Shown here: positions 19,761-29,006 of the stretch, one piece after another
Layout: each line of letters begins with the position of its first letter
Numbering within the stretch: the first letter of the stretch is position 1
Assembly (NCBI GenBank): GCA_964430295.1
Contig: CAYSEV010000002.1
Location: 7,024-71,023 of the forward strand
Direction of reading: 5' to 3'
DNA: 64,000 nt
Source: an uncultured Gammaproteobacteria bacterium
GTDB taxonomy: Bacteria; Patescibacteriota; Microgenomatia; UBA10105; UBA927
Position numbers and translations under genes: made by a program
Notes under the pieces: generated by a model
What the model was told of the DNA's origin: nothing
The model's input: the letters and a program-made list of their open reading frames with translations, nothing else
The model's database searches: none

Positions 19761-19834
19761 TGTCATCCCCGACCTGATCGGGGATCCAGTAATATTTCTA
19801 TAACCCCTAGATTCCCGCCTTCGCGGGAATGACA
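19761..19834. repeat. Miniature palindromic element (dRS3/RPE/REP-like doublet) between convergent genes
   Basis: TGTCAT...ATGACA terminal inverted repeat enclosing two hairpins: ATCCCCGA-cctga-TCGGGGAT and ATTCCC-N8-GGGAAT (19811-19830). Confidence 0.75.
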
Positions 19835-19850
19835 AGTATATATATTACTA

Positions 19851-21569
19851 TCACTTACTTATAAATATTCTACAGAAAGTCTCAGCTGACATAGATTCCA
19901 CTGCAAAGTCCTTTAGGGTTATACCATGAGGATATGTAGATAAAGTATCCCTATTGCAGACATCGTTATTGTATATATCAAATATTGTTCCACCATCGGA
20001 AAGTCTGGATAGTTTTGTATATGTAGTTGTCTGTTTGGCCGGAAATCCACAGAGACTACTTACAATGTGAACAGCACTTGAACTTGCCGGATCAATTGAA
20101 TTATCACAGGATGTAAACGTGATTCCATCAAATGTAATCGGGCTATCCGGTTTCATTGGAATTGAAAGTACCTGTATGGTTTCAGGGGTAATCCTGTCTG
20201 CATAGACCAGATATTTTTTGAATATGTCGCTTCCCTGTGTGGAGTATACAATTACCGGTTTTTCTTTCGTTCGGGCCAGGTTCAGATATTTCGATAGTGT
20301 TCTCATGTGAAAATCTCCGGCTCCCTGCAGCGGTAATTGGTAAAAGTACACAAGTATAAAATTACCCACACTAAGAGCATATACAACGAAGTATATAAGT
20401 AATACAACATGTCGTTGTACTTTTGCCGTATGCGTATATATAAATGAAAGACCGTATCCAAGTATAAAGATGATGAACGGGAACATAAGTGCCAGATGTC
20501 CCGAAAAATCCGATTCTGTTCTATGAATAACATGAGGAAGTGCACCCAGCATAATAAAACCCAAAAGCACAATAAACATGCTTAGGTTGGAAGCAAATAA
20601 TGCACCGAATCCCAATATAATAACAATGCCCTCGACAGGATAGAAGAAACTATGTCGTGCCTGCAGGAAAAAATTATCTCCATCGGCAAATAAATATGAT
20701 GCGGAGAATATTCTAAATAGTTTATGCAAAAGGTGTTCTCCAAACAGTGTTGCTTTATTTACCATAAGAGATAAAAGAGGAGAGGGAATGGAAATTTTCC
20801 GTATACTGTCTACTTGTTTTGCAAATTCAGGTGACGTGGGTAAGAGAATATCAGATAACCGCGATTGGCCTGACAGTTTCAGTTGACTCATAAAAAATCC
20901 TACAAACACAACCGCCAGTATACACATGATCAATACGGATCTGGACGAAAGTTTTTTGTTTACCAACTTTGATACGATGAGTGCAAGGATAATAAACGGA
21001 ATAAATAAAATTTTTGTACCAATATATGAATAAAATCCCAATATAAACAGAGGGAATGCGTATAACAGTTTCTCCGGATTTGTGATAACTATATATAGCC
21101 CGAGTAGATAAAAAAATGTTGCAGGGGTAGATTCATATCCCGTTCTTCCCATAACGATGAGCCATGGGTTTATTGCGGCCAAAAGACCGGTGAATATGGC
21201 TGCACTCGTTCCAAACAGTTTTTTTGCAATCAGATACATGATAGCGACAATACCGATACTCATAAGTGCAAATGCATACCTATAGGCAAATAGAGAGAAC
21301 GGCAAATAGGAATCGGCTATCAAGTGAATGAAATATGGGAGTTCCGCCTGCAGTTCACCGGGCGGGTAACGGAATGCGAACACAGAAAGGGGATTCCATC
21401 TGCCGGTTATATCGTGGCCTGTTAATGCCATAGATCGGGCTGTTGTGGGGTAAATAAGCTCATCACCTGTTATGGCTGTCGGAACAGAATCCAAAAGTAC
21501 AAAACGAAAGGCCGCGGCAAGTATCAGTATGGCAATAAGAATTCTATGTGTGTATAAGTATTGTTTCAT
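19851..21569 (-). CDS. ArnT/PMT-like GT-C glycosyltransferase (DE motif)
   Basis: Start set to ATG 21569 (ATGA overlap with the upstream stop). Motifs VPTAITGDE, TGHDITG, NPW..MGR..YE and SYLF.DGD. Confidence 0.8.
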   Translation of the reverse strand: MKQYLYTHRILIAILILAAAFRFVLLDSVPTAITGDELIYPTTARSMALTGHDITGRWNPLSVFAFRYPPGELQAELPYFIHLIADSYLPFSLFAYRYAFALMSIGIVAIMYLIAKKLFGTSAAIFTGLLAAINPWLIVMGRTGYESTPATFFYLLGLYIVITNPEKLLYAFPLFILGFYSYIGTKILFIPFIILALIVSKLVNKKLSSRSVLIMCILAVVFVGFFMSQLKLSGQSRLSDILLPTSPEFAKQVDSIRKISIPSPLLSLMVNKATLFGEHLLHKLFRIFSASYLFADGDNFFLQARHSFFYPVEGIVIILGFGALFASNLSMFIVLLGFIMLGALPHVIHRTESDFSGHLALMFPFIIFILGYGLSFIYTHTAKVQRHVVLLIYFVVYALSVGNFILVYFYQLPLQGAGDFHMRTLSKYLNLARTKEKPVIVYSTQGSDIFKKYLVYADRITPETIQVLSIPMKPDSPITFDGITFTSCDNSIDPASSSAVHIVSSLCGFPAKQTTTYTKLSRLSDGGTIFDIYNNDVCNRDTLSTYPHGITLKDFAVESMSAETFCRIFISK

Positions 21570-23305
21570 AAAGGTTTGAGTATCTGAAATACTTCCTGAC
21601 CATTCGGTTGGTAGACAGTGCGCAGAAGCTCTGCAGATTGTGTCGCTACAGGACAACCACGGTATTGTACAAAAAGCGAATGTAGATCAGTATCCGTCAA
21701 TGCCTTCGGAGTATATGGCATGCCTTTTTTAAATCCTAAACGTGTGTTAAGCGGACAATCATCGCTTTCAAATTCATACATAGAAAAATTAATGCTGTCG
21801 GATTTATTTTTATCTGTATTTATTGATTCTTTCTGATACCTGCCGGGGTCGTAGGCCGTGAAAAAGAGAAAAAATACAGAAGGAGCAGATTCAGCATTTG
21901 TGATAATAATTTTTTTATACGTATCTTTTTGCTTTGCAATTTCACTCACAAGTTCGCTATATCCTGCATTTCGAAACTGTGCGCTTTGTATAGGCTGATG
22001 AATATAATATGCATCCAGATATTGAACCATATTAAACAGGTACACGATGGTAAGAAACAGCATAGGAACCATCAAGTATTTTACAGAGCGCATTTTTTCA
22101 CACAGTGCATATATCCCAAATGCGATCAGAATTGATAATGCAGGCTGCATTAGTAGCGTCCGTTGCATATTTGGGACATCATCATACGTTAAAGCGCTTC
22201 CAATGGGGGCTATAAGTATCCACAAACCGATAAGCAAATGATATCTCGATCGTCTCGTTACGATTATATATATACCTAACAGAATAAATATAAGTTCAAC
22301 CATATAGAGATTTCCTGCTCCGAATATGGTCATACGGGTGGGTAATGCTTTATCGCGAAAGAGAAAGTCAAAAGAGAAATGTGAAACATAATTATTGATA
22401 ATCTCGTTCCCATATCCAATAGCTTTGTTATGAAGGAGTCTCGTGAATTTAGAAGGTACAAATTTACCCCCATCTTCCCGTATTGCCTCATCAACCTTGA
22501 GTTGTGCATGAGGAGATTTAAATACACTTAACGACTGGATACGTAAAGAGAGAATAGGAGATTTGATGATGAATAAAAGCGGCAAAACAATACAGAGGAC
22601 ATACAAAATTCCTGAAAATACGAGATATCTTTTCGCGATATGTTTTCTATAAAGGTACACCAGGAGAGGAAATATAAACGGAACAAATGCACGGGGCGCT
22701 TGATACACTGTATACGTCAGTGCAAACATTACCACAGAAAAAATAAGATACACTAGGCTTTTTGATCGAATAGAGTAGAGAAATAGAAGAGTCGCACAGA
22801 TAAGCAGTAATACAACAAGAGTAATTTCTATACCAATGCGTGATGCATTTATATGCCATGGAGATATGGCAAGAACACCGGCAGAGAGAAGTGATATGGC
22901 ATCAGTATTCCGTAATTCCCCGGCTAACTTTTGTGCAGTATCTTTGATATTAAGTTCTATCAACAGAAGCAATCGAACAAGGAAAAATGTCAGCACTATA
23001 CTGAGTGTTCCAAACAGCGCGGATGCAAATCTGGCGGAAAATTCACTCAGCCCAAAGATGCTGATAAATGGAATACTTGCATAGGAATATCCCGCCGGGC
23101 TCCAGAAAAAAGATTGCAAATGAACTGGCAACACATTCCCGCTCATATCCTTACCGGTCTTTAGAATTGAATATGCGTTGTATGCCAAAAACGCTTCATC
23201 ACGATGAAAGCCAACAGGGTTAATTCCGAGGTGCCAAAAACGAAGTATACCCCCCAACAATACAATACAGAAAAGCGATATATAAATTTGCTTATGAATG
23301 CGCAT
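21566..23305 (-). CDS. ArnT/PMT-like GT-C glycosyltransferase (DE motif)
   Basis: Motifs NPVGFHRDEAFLAYNAYSILKTGKD, SPWHI.ASR..E, HFSFDFLF and PNMQR. Confidence 0.8.
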   Translation of the reverse strand: MRIHKQIYISLFCIVLLGGILRFWHLGINPVGFHRDEAFLAYNAYSILKTGKDMSGNVLPVHLQSFFWSPAGYSYASIPFISIFGLSEFSARFASALFGTLSIVLTFFLVRLLLLIELNIKDTAQKLAGELRNTDAISLLSAGVLAISPWHINASRIGIEITLVVLLLICATLLFLYSIRSKSLVYLIFSVVMFALTYTVYQAPRAFVPFIFPLLVYLYRKHIAKRYLVFSGILYVLCIVLPLLFIIKSPILSLRIQSLSVFKSPHAQLKVDEAIREDGGKFVPSKFTRLLHNKAIGYGNEIINNYVSHFSFDFLFRDKALPTRMTIFGAGNLYMVELIFILLGIYIIVTRRSRYHLLIGLWILIAPIGSALTYDDVPNMQRTLLMQPALSILIAFGIYALCEKMRSVKYLMVPMLFLTIVYLFNMVQYLDAYYIHQPIQSAQFRNAGYSELVSEIAKQKDTYKKIIITNAESAPSVFFLFFTAYDPGRYQKESINTDKNKSDSINFSMYEFESDDCPLNTRLGFKKGMPYTPKALTDTDLHSLFVQYRGCPVATQSAELLRTVYQPNGQEVFQILKPL

Positions 23306-24923
23306 CCTTAAATAATTTCCACGTCATATATGCTATGACCGCTGTACCCATTATACCGCTTATTATATCTGACGCCAGACGCAGTGGCGTTTCATGAAAC
23401 GATACGTCTATGGCATGTACACCTTTTGAAAGCGTATAGGTTATAAGACCCCGATGATTGGCATTTTGAAATTCTATTGGAAGTTTAGTTCCATTCTCTT
23501 TGACCTGCCAGCCGGGATAATACAATGTGTTATCGACAATATTCGTCTCTGTATCTGACGTAACGGTGTACATATGTCTGGTATTTGATTTTGTGAATCC
23601 CGATATAGTTGCAGTTCCTGAAACCACTTCAACAGGAGCTTTCGGATATGTGGAAAAATCACCGGTTGACCATACTGTGGTTGCTTCACCGTGAAAGTAT
23701 GTTGTGTTGGGAAAATTTTTGTAAAACCCGACCGGTCTGTATTCATATCCGGCAACACGAAGAGCAGGGAGAGTGCTGACAAGTGTAAGTCCTATAAACA
23801 ACATAGGGATACCAAAAACCTTGAGTTTCAGATTCTTTCCATAAAAAGATAGTGATGCAAATAATGCAAAATTTGCAATTGCCATAAACCGCCATGGAAA
23901 CTGTATGATTTTTAAAAATGGGATACGATTCCATACGATCGAAGATATTGGCATAGTCATCAGTGTGCTGAGTAACAAAACGACAGTCCAGAATAATGCT
24001 TCACGATCAAGCTTTTTTATAGAGAGAAGGCGGATTATGCATATAACGCATATAACAACTGGAACTATACCAAGTTGAGGTGCGAATCCTCCCGGCGCAT
24101 TTACATCCGGTCCAAATCCCCAGGGAGCAAACACAGGTGCAAATCCGTGCAGGAAATTGCCGGAATAGAAATCTCCCGTAAACAGGGTAATATTTGTATA
24201 CTTTTTCTCAAGGAGTGCCGGTACCCAAAAAAATGCAGATAACGATAATCCGAAGGATATCATAGCTATATAAGAAATCGCTGATTTTATCTGTTTTGTT
24301 CCCGCAAATTTTATAAGCATATATATGAATATAATAGGAGAAAACAGAAGGCTTATGCCGTTATGTGAAAGAATTGTGAACGCATACATGATGCCTCCTA
24401 AGACTACAGTATGTATGGTCTGCTTTTTTGCATCGATATATAAAAATAGAAGGGGGATAAAGGTAATGCTTACAAGTTCAGCAACGTCTCCGCGCACAAG
24501 AAGATTAGCCACATGATACAACGAAAATCCATACATCATACTTATTGCCATGGCATACTGTTTTTGCACAAATTCTCGTATCCACAAATAGAAGGTGATA
24601 GGGGATGCTACAAATGCCAGAACTGAAATAACTTTAAAAATGCTTTCGGGATTTTTTATAAACAGTGACAAAAAAGATGCAATATAACCTGGGAGCGGGT
24701 AAAAGAAAATAAACACGGGAGAACCGTATGAATAGTTCAGATACCCGGCCCAACGGGGAAGGATATGAAGCTCTGCGAATGCTCGGGTATACGCGACAAA
24801 ACGCGCCACATGATTGACACCGTCATGTGTTATGTACAAGCCGCTATGAAATACCAACGATGCAATAATGGCGAGTGATATACAAACACTTATGCCGAAA
24901 AATACATTATATCGTTTTTCCAT
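23292..24923 (-). CDS. Polytopic GT-C-type glycosyltransferase, PTPS-related-domain group
   Basis: Start set to ATG 24923 (MEKRY). Motifs THDG.NHVAR, PRWA..LNY.YG.P, VRGD.AE, FFWVPALLE, QFPWR and YYPGW. Confidence 0.8.
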   Translation of the reverse strand: MEKRYNVFFGISVCISLAIIASLVFHSGLYITHDGVNHVARFVAYTRAFAELHILPRWAGYLNYSYGSPVFIFFYPLPGYIASFLSLFIKNPESIFKVISVLAFVASPITFYLWIREFVQKQYAMAISMMYGFSLYHVANLLVRGDVAELVSITFIPLLFLYIDAKKQTIHTVVLGGIMYAFTILSHNGISLLFSPIIFIYMLIKFAGTKQIKSAISYIAMISFGLSLSAFFWVPALLEKKYTNITLFTGDFYSGNFLHGFAPVFAPWGFGPDVNAPGGFAPQLGIVPVVICVICIIRLLSIKKLDREALFWTVVLLLSTLMTMPISSIVWNRIPFLKIIQFPWRFMAIANFALFASLSFYGKNLKLKVFGIPMLFIGLTLVSTLPALRVAGYEYRPVGFYKNFPNTTYFHGEATTVWSTGDFSTYPKAPVEVVSGTATISGFTKSNTRHMYTVTSDTETNIVDNTLYYPGWQVKENGTKLPIEFQNANHRGLITYTLSKGVHAIDVSFHETPLRLASDIISGIMGTAVIAYMTWKLFKDAHS

Positions 24924-27336
24924 GACGGGATTTTTTAGAAAAAAACGTGTGAGACCCATATACCATAAAGAGTAAAACCCCTGTAAGTACACTTATAATC
25001 GTGCCTTTCATAAATGAGTTTGAACGATATGTAAATATGACTGTATGATCGCCTTTCGGGATAATCACACCTCTGAATGCATAGGTCATTTTATATACAT
25101 GAGTTTCGTGTGTATCTATTGTTGCTGTCCAATTCGGATCATATGCATCACTTAAAAATAATACCTGTTCTGTATTGGTATGCGTATGGATTGTTACGGT
25201 ATTTGGTGAATAAGATAGTAGTTCGGCCGAGCCTGTGCCGGATACTACATCACGAAAATCATTTTTATATATAGATTCTATAAGAACAGAAGAACCGGTT
25301 ATGAATGAAGGTGAAAAAAATATCTGTTCAAAATCTTTTTCAGTATCATAAAAGTGTAAATCTCCTGTTACAAATGTTCGGGGTGCTGCATGCAAATTTT
25401 CATAGACAGTCCATGCATCTTTTTGCCAAACGGGTTTGAAACGAGTTGTGTCAAATGTCGTATCATCCTTCGGGTTATCTACTCTGTCTATGACATACTT
25501 TACGCCAAGTTGATCCATGAGTTTGAGCCTATATGGATTGCCCGGCAAATCTTTTTCTCCGTATCCGGTGGCAAGTTTTGCATCAGATCTCGTGCTTCGT
25601 GTGAACGTAGTTGGTATATGGCCGTCTTTTGAGGCCTGGATAAACTGGTTATACCATTTTAGGTTTAATGGATCAGTTCCGTCTGTAGAGTATAGTCCGA
25701 CCTGTGTAGCAAAATTTGCCTCCATTTCCGCAGATCCATATCCCCACACCCTGCTAACGCCTTTCTGATTTTGGAGAAATTGTACCAGTGAATTTTCCGG
25801 GAATACAAACGTTGCCGGCACAAACGGATTGAATTTTAAAAAGCCATATGCCAGTTCAATTGTACAAAGGGGGATAATAAGAAGTAGAGCAATGCGTATT
25901 TTTTTGGAGGATAGTATCAATACAATTGTTCCGAATAAAAAAGCAGTTGCAAACAACATTGACCGTTTTATGATGCTCACAACTTCCGGAGTCATGGCAG
26001 TATGAGGATGGGTGAGTACAACGAACCACAATATGCAGAATATTCCCCACAAGAGTGCTATCGGTGCAATCAACTTTTTGCCTGGTTGTTTTTTAAGATA
26101 ATCGTATCCAAATCCTGCAAAAAGAGATAATGAAAACGCTAAAAGAAACAGAATTCTGGTTGGGGTTCCTGTTGATAATACAGGCAATGGGAATCGGTAA
26201 AATAATTCACTCAGAGGTGTTCGTATGGTTAATAACAATATAACCACCGCTGTTCCTAAGAAAAATTTCTGTTGCCATGATTTTTTTGTATTGAACAATG
26301 AAAAAACCGACAGGACAAAACCCACGACTCCTATAGATAGCGTTTTGCCGACGTAGTCACCAGTGATACTTGATCCTGTAGCAGGGTTTCCAAAGAAATC
26401 TGAAACTGCAAGAAGAGGGAGTTGCCACCACTGAACCAACATGTTTTGAATAATATTTACATAATCATGCGTGACACGTGCGGAGGTTTTAAATAGTTCT
26501 ATAGTGGGTAACAGTTGCGGTAGAGTCAGAAAAAAAGGAATTGGAAATAATGTGCAAATTTTCGTAAAGAAAAAAGATTTTTTTTGCGCGACTGTCATAT
26601 CTCTATCACCGAATATGCGTGCCACTGTATAGATGCAAACAAATAGAAATGTGTTTATAAAATCCTGCGGATGACCGCCCGTAACCGAAGATACTCCTGC
26701 TAATATAAATACAATCTTTTCTGAAAGCGAAAATGATGATTTTTTAACTCCTCGTTCGACAATATATAAAAGAAGTGGTAACCAGAGAATCGTATGCCAT
26801 ACAGTTGTGAATTCCATCCAAACGCTTGCAAACCCGGAAAAATTAAACAGTAACGCAGCAAGCATAGCGGCAATAGTTGAAAACCCTAACTCGACAGCAA
26901 ACAGATACATGAATATGACACCCAATATAGGTTGAAGGATAACCATCAGAGACCATGCTGTAAGCTGCGGAAATAACAGATACAAAATCGAAAATGGGTA
27001 AAATACCTGCGCCTGATAATTTGCCAGTAATGGACTTCCCGAAAAATTGTACGGATTCCAAAAAGGTATGTTTCCTTTCTTTATTTGATCAATGACAATC
27101 GTTTTCCATGGATACAGTTCACGTATCACATCAAAATACTGGTTCTTTGTCGGTATGGCGCCGGCCACATATCCGTCATATGACTGATGCCTCCACGGTC
27201 CATATTGGGTAAGCAAAAGATCACCCGGGAACGGATATTTTCCTAAAAAAAGTGTTTTATAAAAAAATCCAAGGACGATAACAATAAGGACAATAATTGG
27301 GAAAACAGCGCGTAATTTCGAAGGATTAGTACTCAT
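24907..27336 (-). CDS. YfhO-family polytopic GT-C glycosyltransferase
   Basis: 809 aa. Motifs DVIRELYPWK, PFWNPYNFSGSPLLANYQ, GHPQ, FFGNPAT and YDPNW.A.ID. Confidence 0.85.
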   Translation of the reverse strand: MSTNPSKLRAVFPIIVLIVIVLGFFYKTLFLGKYPFPGDLLLTQYGPWRHQSYDGYVAGAIPTKNQYFDVIRELYPWKTIVIDQIKKGNIPFWNPYNFSGSPLLANYQAQVFYPFSILYLLFPQLTAWSLMVILQPILGVIFMYLFAVELGFSTIAAMLAALLFNFSGFASVWMEFTTVWHTILWLPLLLYIVERGVKKSSFSLSEKIVFILAGVSSVTGGHPQDFINTFLFVCIYTVARIFGDRDMTVAQKKSFFFTKICTLFPIPFFLTLPQLLPTIELFKTSARVTHDYVNIIQNMLVQWWQLPLLAVSDFFGNPATGSSITGDYVGKTLSIGVVGFVLSVFSLFNTKKSWQQKFFLGTAVVILLLTIRTPLSELFYRFPLPVLSTGTPTRILFLLAFSLSLFAGFGYDYLKKQPGKKLIAPIALLWGIFCILWFVVLTHPHTAMTPEVVSIIKRSMLFATAFLFGTIVLILSSKKIRIALLLIIPLCTIELAYGFLKFNPFVPATFVFPENSLVQFLQNQKGVSRVWGYGSAEMEANFATQVGLYSTDGTDPLNLKWYNQFIQASKDGHIPTTFTRSTRSDAKLATGYGEKDLPGNPYRLKLMDQLGVKYVIDRVDNPKDDTTFDTTRFKPVWQKDAWTVYENLHAAPRTFVTGDLHFYDTEKDFEQIFFSPSFITGSSVLIESIYKNDFRDVVSGTGSAELLSYSPNTVTIHTHTNTEQVLFLSDAYDPNWTATIDTHETHVYKMTYAFRGVIIPKGDHTVIFTYRSNSFMKGTIISVLTGVLLFMVYGSHTFFSKKSRHGKTI

Positions 27337-27350
27337 GTATAGTGCTTCTA

Positions 27351-27359
27351 TGATACTAT
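27351..27359 (+). promoter_or_regulatory. Extended -10 element in a 35-bp divergent intergenic region
   Basis: TGaTACTAT lies 12 nt upstream of ATG 27372. Confidence 0.4.
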
Positions 27360-27371
27360 TTATAGGGATTT

Positions 27372-29006
27372 ATGAAAAGATTTCTTCTTCTGGCAGGTAT
27401 TGTTATATTCGGATTGTTTATCCGCACGTATCACGTCGCAGAAAATCCTCCTTCTTTGTCTTGGGATGAAGTATCTATTGGGTATAACGCGTATAGTATC
27501 CTCAAAACAGGAAAAGATGAGCATGGCAGATTCCTTCCGCTTGATTCATTTATAGCGTATGGCGATTACAAACCCCCGCTTGCTATATATAGTGCCGTTC
27601 CATTTGTATTTCTATTCGGACTCACTGATTTGGCAGTGAGACTTCCTGCCGCTGTATTTGGGACACTCAGTATTCTTCTTACGTATTTTGTTGTTTTGGA
27701 ATTATTTTCTACATACTCACAAAAAAATAATATAGCGCTTCTATCATCAGCACTGCTCTCTATTTCACCCTGGCATGTGAACCTTTCACGCGGTGGGTTT
27801 GAAGCAAATGTCGCGTTATTTTTTGTGCTGCTTGGTGTTTGGTTCATTCTATCGTCACGCCATGTGAGGAGTAGATATATCTATATGTGGCTGCCATTTG
27901 TGGCTGCTATTTATACATTTAACAGTGCAAGGTATTTTGTACCTTTGCTGTCCATAGCATTATTACTTTATATCGCTCGGAATATTCAAAAACAATATAA
28001 ATTGTTTATTACCGGTGTAGCGATTGCAATTGTGTGTATGTTACCGATACTTCCACACCTCGTCTCAAAGGAAGCGCGGTTGCGGTTTGCGGAGGTAAAT
28101 ATATTTACGGATACATCTGTTATTACACAGGCGAATGAGCGCACATCACGTACGGGAAATTCGCTTCTATCTCTTCTGGTTAATAACAGAAGAGTGGGAT
28201 TTATCCGTAGTTATTTTATGCATTTCACAGATAACCTGCAGCCTGAATTTCTATTTATCAAGGGTGATGGTAATCCGAAATTTTCCGTACAGGATACGGG
28301 TGAACTCTATATAATAGAAGCGCCGCTTCTTCTCATAGGATTTTTCACTATGCTCTTAGCGTTTCCGACACAGGCAGCACTCCTTCTGTTCTGGCTCCTT
28401 GCCGCAATCGTCCCGGCGGCAACAGCACGGGAAACACCTCATGCACTTCGAATCCTTAATTCGTTGCCTACATGGCATATCTTCATAGCATTTGGAATTT
28501 TTACACTTGTTACCTCTATACATCGTAGACGTACGAAATTGGCACATGCAGCAGTGCTTCTTCTTTCATTGATATATATTTTTCAGGTTGGGTATTATCT
28601 GCATGAGTATTATGCACATTACCGGGTGGAGTATTCCGGTGAATGGCAATATGGATATAAACAAGCTATCCAAAAAATACTACCTATTCAACGAAACTAT
28701 TCCCATGTGGTCATAACCGATTCCATCGGAAGGCCATATATGTATACAGCCTTTTATACAAAAACTGACCCAATAGAATTTTTGCAGTCGAAGAAATCCT
28801 ATACTGACTCGGCCGGTTTTTATCATGTTGATGGGTTTGGGAAATATATATTTAAAGATGTACTGCCTACTGATCTTTCCGATCGTACATTGTATGTCTG
28901 GGATGCGACTGAAGTGCCTAAAGGGGTCAGAGTACTTGATACAGTAACATTGCTTAATGGCGTTGCTAAATTAGTCATATTTGATTCAGGAGATGTGGCA
29001 TTATGA
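27372..29006 (+). CDS. ArnT/PMT-like GT-C glycosyltransferase (DE motif)
   Basis: Motifs NPPSLSWDEVSIGYNAYSILKTGKDE, GDYKPP, SPWH..SR..FEAN, FLF.KGD.N, PHALR and WQYGYK. Confidence 0.85.
   Translation: MKRFLLLAGIVIFGLFIRTYHVAENPPSLSWDEVSIGYNAYSILKTGKDEHGRFLPLDSFIAYGDYKPPLAIYSAVPFVFLFGLTDLAVRLPAAVFGTLSILLTYFVVLELFSTYSQKNNIALLSSALLSISPWHVNLSRGGFEANVALFFVLLGVWFILSSRHVRSRYIYMWLPFVAAIYTFNSARYFVPLLSIALLLYIARNIQKQYKLFITGVAIAIVCMLPILPHLVSKEARLRFAEVNIFTDTSVITQANERTSRTGNSLLSLLVNNRRVGFIRSYFMHFTDNLQPEFLFIKGDGNPKFSVQDTGELYIIEAPLLLIGFFTMLLAFPTQAALLLFWLLAAIVPAATARETPHALRILNSLPTWHIFIAFGIFTLVTSIHRRRTKLAHAAVLLLSLIYIFQVGYYLHEYYAHYRVEYSGEWQYGYKQAIQKILPIQRNYSHVVITDSIGRPYMYTAFYTKTDPIEFLQSKKSYTDSAGFYHVDGFGKYIFKDVLPTDLSDRTLYVWDATEVPKGVRVLDTVTLLNGVAKLVIFDSGDVAL

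Noticed and set aside
19761-19834. CRISPR repeat or tRNA
   Set aside because: There are only two dissimilar inverted arms, no repeat-spacer periodicity, no cas genes and no cloverleaf or T-loop motif.
18178-27521. Recent duplication or gene conversion between 18178-18255 and 27444-27521
   Set aside because: The 13 differences in 78 nt are mostly synonymous, indicating old paralogy under purifying selection.
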